This document shows positions 19,634 to 31,314 of a stretch of 32,000 nucleotides of DNA, one piece after another. Every line of letters starts with the position of its first letter. The first letter of the stretch is position 1. Under the pieces are notes generated by a model that was not told the origin of the DNA, made no database searches, and saw nothing but the letters and a program-made list of their open reading frames with translations. The position numbers and the translations under genes are program-made. The stretch lies in sequence record CM079450.1; one strand, written 5' to 3'.

Positions 19634-20372
19634 TTTTTAAATTATATTAGTTAAAAAAATTATAAAAATTATATTTTCTTAGTATTTAGTTTTTTTATTA
19701 TTTAGTTTTTCTAACGCATTTATAAAAGAAGATTTGTATCCCCTTTTTGGAAAAGGGAAAAACACCTTTGTTTTTTTTTTATTTTTAACTAAAAACGAAG
19801 TTTTTATTATATTTCATATAAGCTTCTTCCTGCCTTCATTTTCTCCCCCCCCCCCCCTTTTTCTTTTCATAATTTCTTGCTTCTCATTCTTTCCCTTTTT
19901 TTCTCCCTTTTGGTTTGTGTCCTTCCGGTCCGGTAGGAACCGGCCGGTTCCTACCGGACCGGAAGGACACAAACCAAATAATTATTTGGTGCTTATAAAT
20001 AATATTATGCTGCGCTTCGTCAGAAGACAAACATTCCAAACAAAGGGATTTCCCTTTAGGCAATGGACCGGTCTTCTGACGGTAGCATAAGCTTTGCTTA
20101 TACTACCGGACCGGAAAAGCACTTTTCTTTTAACGAAGGGGTGAGGAGCAAAATAAGCACAAACCAAATTATTATTTGTTTTAAGGCTGCCAGAAGAGCC
20201 TTATATTATGCCAAAGCAAAGGCATGATAGTGCTTTTCCGGAAGGGAAAGAAGCCTTTCCCTCTGCACAAACAAATAATAATTTGGTTGGTGCGTCCTTC
20301 TTTCCTTTAGTTGGTGTTTTCTTCTGTTGGTGTTCTCCCGTCCACCCCTTTAGTTAAAAGAAAAGTGCTTTT

Positions 20373-20519
20373 CCGGTCCATCGGCGAAGCCGAAGCACCT
20401 AATAATTATTTGGTGTTCTCTCTTCTTTTAAATTAAGTATAAGCAAAGCTTATGCTTAATTTAAAAGAAGAGAGAACACCAAATAATTATTAGGTGCTTC
20501 GGCTTCGCCGATGGACCGG
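20373..20519. repeat. 147-nt compound palindrome (copy 1 of 2)
   Basis: The 65-nt left arm ccggtccatcggcgaagccgaagcacctaataattatttggtgttctctcttcttttaaattaag is the exact reverse complement of the right arm. The centre is tataagcaaagcttatg. It is identical to 22589-22735. Confidence 0.92.
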
Positions 20520-22588
20520 AAGGACGCACTTTTCTTTTAACTAAAGGGGTGTTTTCTTAAACACCAACAGAAAAAACAAACTAAAGGGGTGTTTTCTTAA
20601 GCACAGACAAAATTTTATGGACTTTGTGTCCTTCCGGTCCGGTAGCATAAGCTTTGCTTATACTATGGAGATAACACCAAATAATTATTAGGTGCTTCGG
20701 CTTCGCCGATGGACCGGAAAAGCACTTTTCTTTTAACGAAGGGGTGAGGCTTCGCCATATATGGCGAAGCTATAGCAAGAAAAAAGGGGGGGCTTTATTT
20801 TTTAAGTAAAGGCAGAAAAAAAGGGAGGAAGTTATATTTTCCCTTTAGTTGGTTTTTTCTTCCCTTTAGTTTGTGCGTCCTTCCGGTCCGGTAGTATAAG
20901 CAAAGCTTATGCTATGGAGAGAACACCAAATAATTATTTGGTGCTTATAAATAATATTATGCTGCGCTTCGTCAGAAGACAAACATTCCAAACAAAGGGA
21001 TTTCCCTTTAGGCAATGGACCGGTCTTCTGACGGTAGCATAAGCTTTGCTTATACTACCGGACCGGAAAAGCACTTTTCTTTTAACGAAGGGGTGAAACC
21101 AACTAAAGAAAAGAAGAAGATAGTGTTTAAAAGAAGCCTATAAGCTTTGCTTATAACCACAGAAAGAAAGCACTTCTCTTAATAACTTAATTACAAAGTG
21201 TTGCCACACTTATAAAAGCTATGCTTTTATAAGAGCCTTTTTATAAAAGTGCTTAATAAACCAAAAAAAACGAAAAATAAAAAAGAAAAAAAATTATTTA
21301 TTTTTTTATAGATTTTATATTGCTTGTAAAGAAAAAACGCAAAAAAAAGTATTTTTTTCTTTAGAAGTAACTTATTTTGGCTTTTTATCATATTTCCCCT
21401 CTGCACCCAATAATTATTTGTTTTTCTTCTTTCCTTTAGGAAAACCAACTAAAGGGAAGCATGCTTCCCTTTAGTTGGTTTTCCTAAAGGAAAGAAGAAG
21501 AAGTGCAAAGGCTTATTTCCCCCTTTTTTTCTCCTCTGCTTCCCTTTACTTAAAAAATAAAGCCCCCCCTTTTTATTGCTTCTCTGCACAAAGTCCATAA
21601 AATTTTGTTTGTGCTTTCTTCGCACAAACTAAAGGGTGAAAACACCCCTTATAAATTATATAAGGGGACGCACCAACCAAATTATTATTTGTTTTAACTA
21701 AAAACGAAGTTTTTATTATATTTCATATAAGCTGCCTTCCAGAAGAAGAGCTTATATGAAATATAATAAAAACTTCTTATATTCCATATAATTATATGAA
21801 ATATAAGTTTTTAGTTATATTATCCCTTTGGGATGATAGTGCTTTTCCGGTCCGGTAGGAACCGGCCGGTTCCTACCGGACCGGAGGGAAAGGCTTCGCC
21901 ATATATGGCATTTATGGGTTCCCCAGAAATGCCATAGCAATAAAAAGGGGGGGCTTTATTTTTTAAGTAAAGGGAAGCAGAGGAGAAAAAAAGGGGGAAA
22001 AGAAGCACTGCCAGAAGAGGGGGGGGGTAATAATAGGGAAATTTCCGTCAAATGCAAGGTATTGCCAAGGGGGGAAAGGCGTTATAAGTGCATAATGGTT
22101 TTGCCAGAATGCACATAGCCGGATATGGTACAGCCGTAAAAGCCCTTTTTTAATTTTCCTTATAAAAGCTATGCTTTTATAAGAACAGTTTTTTTTACTT
22201 TTTTTTTCTTTAGTGGCTCTTCCATCCATCAATGTTTTCTGAATAACCGCCATTGGCGGACCCTGTAGGGTGGATACTTCTTTTGTTTTTTTTTTGTAAT
22301 GTGGCATTATGGCATTTATGGGTGTCAAGCATATAAGTGTGTATATAACTGCCATAAAAGCCTGCCCTTTCCTTTTACATCACTTTTCTTTTTTCATCAC
22401 CTTTGGTTTTCTTTTTTCTTTTTTTCCCTTTGTTTTTCCCTGGTTATAAGCTTTGCTTATAACCAGGGGAAATAAGAAATGGCTAAAGGAAAGGGGTCCC
22501 CCCCGGTCCATTCTTCTTTCCTTTAGTTGGTGTTTTCTTCTGTTGGTGTTCTCCCGTCCACCCCTTTAGTTAAAAGAAAAGTGCTTTT

Positions 22589-22735
22589 CCGGTCCATCGG
22601 CGAAGCCGAAGCACCTAATAATTATTTGGTGTTCTCTCTTCTTTTAAATTAAGTATAAGCAAAGCTTATGCTTAATTTAAAAGAAGAGAGAACACCAAAT
22701 AATTATTAGGTGCTTCGGCTTCGCCGATGGACCGG
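22589..22735. repeat. 147-nt compound palindrome (copy 2 of 2)
   Basis: This is the same sequence as 20373-20519. It is embedded in a longer direct duplication (20298-20588 versus 22514-22796). Confidence 0.92.
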
Positions 22736-23368
22736 AGGGACGCACAAACTAAAGGGGTGTTTTCTTAAACACCAACAGAAAAAACAAACTAAAGGGAAGG
22801 CTTCGCCTGGCACCAAATAATTATTTGGTGCTTATAAATTATATAAGGCTGGAAAATAAAGCCTTGCTCCCTCATTATTTCCCCCTCATTCTTTCCCCCC
22901 AAATAATAATTTGTTTGTGTCCCTCTGCACAAACGAAGGGGTGAGGGGGAAAGAAGCCTTATATTATTTATAAACACTATCATGCGGGAACAAAGGCATA
23001 ATATAACTTCACCCCTTATAAATTATATAAAACATTTATGGGTTCCCCTCTGCAAAAAATAAAAAAAATAAAAGCCTTTTTACTGTAAGAGAGAACACCA
23101 AATAATTATTTGGTGCAAGGACCGGACCCCTTCTTTTTCTCCCCCCCCCCCCCAATAATTATTTGGACTGAAGGGGGGGCTTTTATTTTTTAAGTAAAAA
23201 AAAGGCTGCTATCTTAAATCCCCCCCCCCCCTTTTTTATGGCTGGTGGGTGAGGCATAATTATTTGGCATATAAAAAGTGTTTTTTAAGCAAAGGCATTT
23301 GAGACTTTTGTGAGTGCCTCACTTTTGTGAATGCCTTCTTTTGTTCATACCTAAAGGAAAGCAGTTCC

Positions 23369-23436
23369 CTGGTTATAAGCTTTGCTTATGCTTTCCCTTT
23401 ACGTAAAGGGAAAGCATAAGCAAAGCTTATAACCAG
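23369..23436. repeat. 68-nt perfect palindrome centred on tacgta (copy 1 of 2)
   Basis: The sequence is ctggttataagctttgcttatgctttccctttac|gtaaagggaaagcataagcaaagcttataaccag. I counted 34+34 nt. It is identical to 29353-29420. Confidence 0.93.
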
Positions 23437-23957
23437 TTCTTCCCCCTTATTTTTTAAAGGGAGATAAAAAGGGGGAAGTGTAATAAGTGTGTATATAACC
23501 CATCACCTTTGGTGAAGCCGGTCCATTATTTTATGGACTTTTAACGCTGCCTTCCAGAAGAAGAGCGTTATATCATCCCTTTAGGCATAATAGTGCTTTT
23601 CCGGAGGAAGCACCAAATAATTATTTAGTGCTTCCTCCGGAAAAGCACTATTATGCCTAAAGGGATGATATAACGCTCTTCTTCTGGAAGGCAGCGTTAA
23701 AAGTCCATAAAATAATGGACCGGTCCATGTACTTCTCCCCTAAATAATAATGCCTTCCCCACCAGAGCAAGGCTTTATTTTCCAGCCTTATATTATTTAT
23801 AAGCACCAAATAATTATTTGGTGTTCTCTCCTTTGTATAAGCAAAGCTTATGCTACCGTCAGAAGACCGGGGGGGGCCCCACCACGGCATGCAAGATAAA
23901 TAACAAGAAAAAGAAACAAGCACTAAAAGTATATAACTTTTATAGTATTAAAAACCG

Positions 23958-24479
23958 TTAAACTTTTGGATTATATTCTGTAAAACGAGATACATAAAAA
24001 TTATTAACCACTACATGGTTCGTTGAATCTAATCCTTTATTTAATCTTTCACGCACACGAGTCAAAATTTTTGAAATAACATAGATATATGCTTGTTTTA
24101 AAGCCTTTTGTTGATAAAATTGTACTGTTTCTTGTTTAAATTCTTCTAATCTTGCTAATCGAAGCTCATGCTGTGTCACGCAATTATTTATTTCTTGAGT
24201 GGCTCTAACTATACCATCTTCACGAATTTCTTCTGCTTTTTTTTTTGCTGTTTCTAATTGAAGACGAGCTTGATTTAATTTTTCTTGAGCTTCAATTGCT
24301 CGTTGATTAGCTTCTTGCAAATTTTTTAAAATTGTATTTTTACGATCCTGCAGGATCGAATTCAAATTATTACCCACAAAGGATACAACTATACCAACTA
24401 CAGCTGCTAAGTTTATAATATTGGTTTCGAAAACATTAGTGTTAAAACCGAAACCGTGTCCTATAGGAAAAATAAACAT
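23958..24479 (-). CDS. atpF: ATP synthase CF0 subunit I (b)
   Basis: The ORF has an N-terminal hydrophobic segment (NIINLAAVVGIVVSFVG). A long charged helical region follows (QEANQRAIEAQEKLNQARLQLETAKKKAEEIRE...), as is typical of subunit b/I. There is no intron. atpH lies on the same strand further along the window. I prefer the ATG at 24477-24479; the track ORF begins 9 nt upstream at a TTG (24488). Confidence 0.92.
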   Translation of the reverse strand: MFIFPIGHGFGFNTNVFETNIINLAAVVGIVVSFVGNNLNSILQDRKNTILKNLQEANQRAIEAQEKLNQARLQLETAKKKAEEIREDGIVRATQEINNCVTQHELRLARLEEFKQETVQFYQQKALKQAYIYVISKILTRVRERLNKGLDSTNHVVVNNFYVSRFTEYNPKV

Positions 24480-27400
24480 AATAAACAAATATATGTCTTT
24501 TTACTGTGTCACTTTTTTATGGGCTCCTTTTTTTAGCCATAAAGGCGAAAAAAAGGCTGTTTTTGTCTATAAAATAAACCTATTAAAGTGAAAAGCAAAT
24601 AAACAGACATATTAGAGCTTTGTATTACTTTTTTGCATTTTATAATTTATACGCTTTTTTTATAAGAAAGGGGTTCCTGTAAGGCATCTAAAAGCTCTTC
24701 CTTATCACCTTACCCACCAAGGGTGATTGCATCCCCTTCCTGGTTATAAGCTTTGCTTATGCTTTACCTTTACTTGTATGGCTTTTTTTTATACACTATC
24801 TTCTTCTTTCCTTTAGTTGCTTAAGAAAACACCCCTTCGTTAAAAGAAAAGTGCTTTTCCGGTCCGGTAGGAACCGGCCGGTTCCTACCGGACCGGAGGG
24901 ACGCACAAACTAAAGGGTGTTTTCTTAAACACCCCTTATAAATTATAACTTTTCTTAAAACCAAATTATTATTTGTTTTAACTAAAAACTTATATTTCAT
25001 ATAATTATATGAAATATAAGAAGTTTTTATTATATTTCATATAAGCTGCCTTCCAGAAGAAGAGCTTATATGAAATATAATAAAAACTTCTTATATGAAA
25101 TATAATTATATGAAATATAAGTTTTTAGTTATATTATGCCTTTGTTGCCGCATGATAGTGCTTTTCCGGTCCATCGGCTTCGCCGATAAACCGGAAGGAA
25201 GAAGAAGTTATATTATGCCTTTGTTCCCGCATGATAGTGTAGGGGAGAAGAGGAAGCAGCAAAAGCATAAAAAAGAAAAAAGTTGCCCATACACAAAAAA
25301 AGAACTTAAAACGCAAATTGTCTATATGGTGATTCAATAAAATAGACAAAACTGAAAAATTTACCGTAGTATAAGACACTAAAATTTTGGTGGCCACTTT
25401 TATAAAATATAAAAAAAGAAGCTCTTCCCTATTTCCTTACCCACCTTTGGTGTTCGGGGCCCGGTATATAATAATAAGCCTTTTTGCTACTTATCCGTGG
25501 TGCAGTAGGCCAAATAATTATTTGGCCTATGGGGGGGAAGGCCCACGCAGGAAGGGAAAAAAAGCTTTATTACCTTCTCTCCTTTTTTATATTATACACT
25601 AATTGCTCTAATAACCCCTTGGGTAACAACGGCTTTTCACCCCTAAAGGGGAGAAGCCATTGTTACTGTTTCTTTCCCCCACTTTTTTTTTCCCGTGTGT
25701 ATATAATTATGTTTGCCATTGCCTGGTTATAAGCTTTGCTTATGCTTTCCCTTTATTTTCCCCTCCCCCTTTTACTTTTTCTACTTTATGGCTAACCAAT
25801 AAAAAAAAGGGGGGGCTTTATATTTGAACTAAAGGGAGAAAAAAATATAAGCAAAGCTTATGCTTTGTTTGAATTTGTTTTAACGCTTCTTCCTGCCTTC
25901 TTTCCCCCTTATAAATTATATAAAAAAAAAAGTGTAATAAGTGTGTATATAAAATTTTCCTTTTGTAAACTAGAACTTTTTCTAATTTATTGCTTCTCAT
26001 CTTTCCCTTCCGGTCTTCTGACGGAGCATAAGCAAAGCTTATACTATAAGCAAAGCTTATGCATTCTTCTTTCCTTTAGTTGGTGTTTTCTTCTGTCTAT
26101 GCGTCCCTCCGGTCCATCGGCGAAGCCTTATATTATTTATAAGCACCAAATAATTATTTGTGCATAGTATAAGCAAAGCTTATGCTTAATTTAAAAGAAG
26201 AGAGAACACCAAATCATTATTTGGTGCTTATAAATTAGGACCGGAAAAGCACTTTTCTTTTAACTATGCGCTTCTTTCCTTTAGGAAAGCATATACGCGC
26301 GAAGCGCGGAGAAGGGGTGTTTTCTTAAACACCAACAGAAAAAACAAACTAAAGGGAAATCCCTTTGTTTGGAATGTTTGTCTTCTGACGAAGCGCAGCA
26401 TAATATTATTTATAAGCACTTCTCCCCTAAATAATAATGCCTTCCCCACCAGAGCAAGGCTTTATTTTCTTCGGGAGAACACCGACAGCCTTATATTATT
26501 TATAAGCACCAAATAATTATTTGGTGCTTTTCTCCCCGAAGGGGGAAGCATAAGCAAAGCTTATACTACCGGACCGGTCCGGTAGTATAAGCTTTGCTTA
26601 TGCTCCGTCAGAAGACCGGAAGGGAAAGAATGAGGCATTTATGGGAAAGCCATATATGGCTTTTATTTTGTGTGCTTCCGGTCCGGTAGTATAAGCAAAG
26701 CTTATGCTATGCACCAAATAATTATTTGTTTGCGCAGAACAGAAAAGTGCTTATAAATAATATAAGGCTGTCGGTGTTCTCCCGAAGAAAATAAAGCCTT
26801 CCCTTTAGGCAATGGACCGGAAAAGCACAAACCAAATTATTATTTGTTTGTGCAGAGGGGTGAGGCTTCCCCATAAATGCCTCTGCACAAAAAAAAAGGG
26901 GGGGCTTTATTTTTTAAGTAAAGGCAGAAAAAAAGGGAGGAAGTTATATCATGCTTCTTCCCTTTAGTTTGTGCGTCCTTCTGTACAAAGGAAGGGGTGT
27001 TTTCACCCTTTAGTTTGTGCGTCCCTCCGGAAAAGCACAAACGAAGGGGTGAAAGAAACAAAGGCATAATAGTACTTTTCCGGTCCATTCTTCTTTCCTT
27101 TAGTTTGTTTCCCTACAGGGAAGAAAAAACAAACTAAAGGGAAATCCCTTTGTTTGTGCTTTTCCGCAGGATAATATTATTTATAAGCACCAAATAATTA
27201 TTTGGTGCTTTTCTCCCCGAAGGGGGAAGCATAAGCTTTGCTTATACTACCGGACCGGAAGCCAAATAAGAATTTGGACGCGCACCCACCTTTGGTGGGA
27301 AGCATAAGCTTTGCTTCTACTTTACTTTACTAAAAAGCCCCCCCTTTTTTTTATTGGTTAGCCATAAAGTAGAAAAAGTAAAAGGGGGGGGGGGGGGAGC

Positions 27401-29352
27401 GGAGTGCCTTTTTTTCTTTTTAGTTGCCAAAAAGCATCAAAAGCATAAAAAATAAAAAAAGGCAGTTGCCCATACACAAAAAAAGGGGGCTTTATTTTTT
27501 AGTAAAAGGGGGGGGGGAAAAACACCTTTGGTGAGCCTTTTTGCTTTTCCCCGGTAGGAGAAGCAAACATCAATAGGGGGGTGAACTATCCATTAAAAAG
27601 ACGCGTATCTTTTTGTTTGGTGTAAAAAACTTAAAAATGCTTAACCGCCTTTGGCGGACCCTTTTTTGCTTTATAGGGAACTGGATAAAAGATAAATCAT
27701 ATGCTACTGCCGTCAACCCTATTTCAATTTCTTCTAAAGTATCTAAACCTACGGTGAACACCATTGGTTTAGATACACACGATCACAAGCGTTCTTTTCA
27801 TTTTTTCACCCCTAAAGGGGAGAGCTGCTAATTATCTTCTTAGAAAAAGAAAATAGAAAGGCTTTTATTTCCCCCCCTTTTCCCCCAATATATAAGCAAA
27901 GCTTATAGAACTGAAGAAGGAGCTTTTTAGTAAAGAAAAGGGAAGAGGACCCAAAAATGCCCTCCCCTTTTTTTTTTCTTAATTATGGGGCAGGCTGCCT
28001 TTTAAAAGCTAAAAAGCATCTTATATCTCCACCAGGGAAATAAAAAGCTAAAAAGCTTCTTATATGCCTGGTGTTGCTTCTCCCCTTTAGGGGTGAAAAG
28101 CCGGTCCTAATTTATAAGCACCAAATAATTATTTGGTGCTTATAAATTAGGACCGGCTTTTCACCCCTAAAGGGGAGAAGCAACACCAGGCATATAAGAA
28201 GCTTTTTAGCTTTTAAAAGGTAGTACCCCATTAAAAAAAAAAAGGGAAGACACTACCAACCTCTATATTATTATATATACCACCGAAGGTGTTGCTTCTT
28301 CCCCCTTTTTTTCTCCTCATTCTTTCCCTTCCGGTCCGGTAGTATAAGCTTTGCTTATGCTTCGGAAAAGCACCAAATAATTATTTGGTGCTTATAAATA
28401 ATATAAGGCTTCGCCGATGGACCGGAAGGGAAAGAATAAAGAAAGGGGGGGGCCCAGCAGGGATATAAGAAGCTTTTTAGCTTTTAAAAGGCAGCTTCAC
28501 CCCTTCGTTTGTGCAGAGGGACACAAACAAATAATAATTTGGTTTGGATAAAAAAACACAAAAAAAGAAAAAAGAAACCTTTGGTGAAGCCGGTCCATTC
28601 TTCTTTCCTTTAGTTGGTGTTTTCTTCTGTTGGTGTTCTCCCGTCCACCCCTTTAGTTAAAAGAAAAGTGCTTTTCCGGTCCATCGGCGAAGCCGAAGCA
28701 CTTTGTGCATAGTATAAGCAAAGCTTATGCTACCGTCAGAAGACCGGAAGGACGCACAAACTAAAGGGGTGTTTTCTTAAACACCCACAGAAAAAACAAA
28801 CTAAAGGGAAGGTATTTATGGGTTCCCCTCTGCAAAAAATAAAAAAAATAAAAGCCTTGCACCAAATAATTATTTGGTGCTTATAAATAATATAAGGCTG
28901 TCGGTGTTCTCCCGAAGAAAATAAAGCCTTGCACTGGTGGGGAAGGCATTATTTTTTTATAAGCAAAGCTTATAGAAGTGCTTATAAATTATATAAGGCT
29001 GTCGGTGTTCTCCCGAAGAAAATAAAGCCTTTCCTTTAGTTTGTTTTTTCTGTTGGCGCAGAAGAAAACACCAACCAAATTATTATTTGGGAAAGAAGAA
29101 TGGACCGGGGGGGGCCCCACCACGGCGAAAGCAAGGGGTGCTTTTACACCACTTTCATTATATACTTTTATTGCACACTTTATTTACCCCCACATAATTA
29201 GCCTCACCCACCAGTATAAGGCCATAAAGAAAGAAGCTTAGATACTTTACAAGAAGGCAAAGCAAAAGAAGGTAGGTATAAATGCTAAACATTTATATGC
29301 GCTATATGTAAGTACTTAAAAGGTATAACCATGCTTCCCCCTCCTCCTTTGC

Positions 29353-29420
29353 CTGGTTATAAGCTTTGCTTATGCTTTCCCTTTACGTAAAGGGAAAGCA
29401 TAAGCAAAGCTTATAACCAG
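29353..29420. repeat. 68-nt perfect palindrome centred on tacgta (copy 2 of 2)
   Basis: It is identical to 23369-23436 and extends to 70 nt here (c29352/g29421). It lies about 90-155 nt downstream of the atpH stop codon on the minus strand. Confidence 0.93.
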
Positions 29421-29508
29421 GCCAAATTATTATTTGTTTGTGCAGAAGGGTGAGGGTAAAGCATTTCACCCGGCAATAGTAAAGGGACTTACTTAGGGGG
29501 TTATTTTA

Positions 29509-29770
<262 letters not shown>

Positions 29771-29804
29771 TAGAAATTAATCAATAAAATTATAACAACC
29801 GCCT

Positions 29805-29812
29805 ATATTATA
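29805..29812 (-). promoter_or_regulatory. Candidate -10-type box TATAATAT upstream of atpH
   Basis: The minus strand reads cttATAATATagg with TATAATAT 48 nt upstream of the ATG. This octamer matches the -10 consensus reported for Chlamydomonas plastid promoters. The region is AT-rich and other TATAAT-like strings lie nearby (rc of 29852-29860), so this is a weak call. Confidence 0.25.
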
Positions 29813-30185
29813 AGTTTTTTATTAAAAATTGCCAAGCTTTTTTTATAACCAGAGCATTATAAGCGCGCAGCCTTCTAAGCAGGTAGCTGATTTTTTAGCA
29901 AAAGCACTTTCTTTAAAATAAAAGAAATGTTCTACCTATCCTTTTATGGTACTACATTGCTTATAGGGGAGTTGTTCTGTTTCCTTTCCCTTCAAATAAT
30001 ATAAGGCTCCTGCTAGAGCCCATCCCCTACTTTTGCTTTACCCCTCTCCCCTTTCTTAAAAGAAAAGTGCTCATAAAAATAATAAAAGGCTTCTTTCCCC
30101 CTTATAAATTATATAAAAAAAAAGTGTAATAAGTGTGTATATAAAATTTTCCTTTTGTAAACTAGAACTTTTTCTAATTTATTGC

Positions 30186-30497
30186 TTCTCATCTTTCCCT
30201 TCCGGTCTTCTGACGGAGCATAAGCAAAGCTTATACTATAAGCAAAGCTTATGCATTCTTCTTTCCTTTAGTTGGTGTTCTCGTCCCTTTAGTTTGTTTT
30301 TTCTTCTTCTTTCCTTTAGTTGGTGTTCTCCCGAAAAAACAAACTAAAGGGACGAGAACACCAACTAAAGGAAAGAAGAAGAAAAAACAAACTAAAGGGA
30401 AATCCCTTTGTTTGGAATGTTTGTCTTCTGACGAAGCGCAGCATAATATTATTTATAAGCACTTTTCTGTTCTGCGCAAACAAATAATTATTTGGTG
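30186..30497. repeat. Left arm of a large inverted repeat (about 310 nt)
   Basis: The reverse complement of 31004-31314 matches this arm essentially base for base where I checked (outer ends, the gcttatgcattcttctttcc...aaagggaaatccc block, and the inner caccaaataattatttgtttgcgcagaacagaaaagtg end). The outer part (about 30095-30280) is also a direct duplicate of about 25905-26090. Confidence 0.88.
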
Positions 30498-31003
30498 CTT
30501 TTCCGAAGCATAAGCTTTGCTTATACTACCGGACCGGAAAAGCACTATCATGCCTTTGCTTTGGCATAATATAAGGCTCAGCGTTAAAACAAATTATTAT
30601 TGGTTTTAACGCTGAGCCTTATATCATGCTTCTTCCCTTTAGTTTGTGCTTCCGCAGAAACGTGCTTCCGGTCTTCTGACGGAGCATAAGCAAAGCTTAT
30701 ACTACCGGACCGGTCCGGTAGTATAAGCAAAGCACCAAATAATTATTTGGTGCTTTTCCGAAGCATAAGCTTTGCTTATAGCATAAGCTTTGCTTATACA
30801 AAGCACCAAATAATTATTGGGTGCTTATAAATAATATAAGGCTGGAAAATAAAGCCTTGCTCCCCAAAGGGGAGAAGTGCTTCGGCTTCGCCGATGGACC
30901 GGAAGGGAAAGAAGCCTTATATTATTTATAAGCACCCAATAATTATTTGGTGCTTTTCCGAAGCATAAGCAAAGCTTATACTTAATTTAAAAGAAGAGAG
31001 AAC

Positions 31004-31314
31004 ACCAAATAATTATTTGTTTGCGCAGAACAGAAAAGTGCTTATAAATAATATTATGCTGCGCTTCGTCAGAAGACAAACATTCCAAACAAAGGGATTT
31101 CCCTTTAGTTTGTTTTTTCTTCTTCTTTCCTTTAGTTGGTGTTCTCGTCCCTTTAGTTTGTTTTTTCGGGAGAACACCAACTAAAGGAAAGAAGAAGAAA
31201 AAACAAACTAAAGGGACGAGAACACCAACTAAAGGAAAGAAGAATGCATAAGCTTTGCTTATAGTATAAGCTTTGCTTATGCTCCGTCAGAAGACCGGAA
31301 GGGAAAGAATGAGG
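31004..31314. repeat. Right arm of the large inverted repeat
   Basis: See the left arm. The spacer between the arms (30498-31003, about 506 nt) is itself repeat mosaic. Confidence 0.88.

Noticed and set aside
19277-19654. 125-aa and 77-aa plus-strand ORFs overlapping rps11.
   Set aside because: They are antisense shadows of a clearly conserved rps11 frame. The sequences are low-complexity F/C/S-rich with no recognisable motif.
21963-22355. 130-aa minus ORF as a possible protein gene.
   Set aside because: It has no recognisable domain, and its C-terminal part is translated from poly-G/C and repeat sequence. The underlying island is reported as a finding, but the ORF is not called as a CDS.
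24480-24488. TTG start for atpF, as given by the ORF track (MFIMFIFP...).
   Set aside because: An in-frame ATG lies 9 nt downstream at 24477-24479 (MFIFPIGHG...). ATG is the more parsimonious start, and the 3-codon extension adds nothing conserved. It is not excluded experimentally.
27771-27782. The 12-mer ttagatacacac is shared between the 27.7-kb island and two rpoA insertions (about 6016 and about 7062), hinting at homology (LDTH peptide).
   Set aside because: By my rough estimate, exact 12-mer matches are expected by chance tens of times in all-against-all comparison of 32 kb on two strands. Flanking sequence does not extend the match.
30186-31314. Possibility that the large inverted repeat is the canonical plastid IR boundary.
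   Set aside because: There are no rRNA or other IR-typical genes. The arms are only about 310 nt and are composed of the same dispersed modules found elsewhere in the window.
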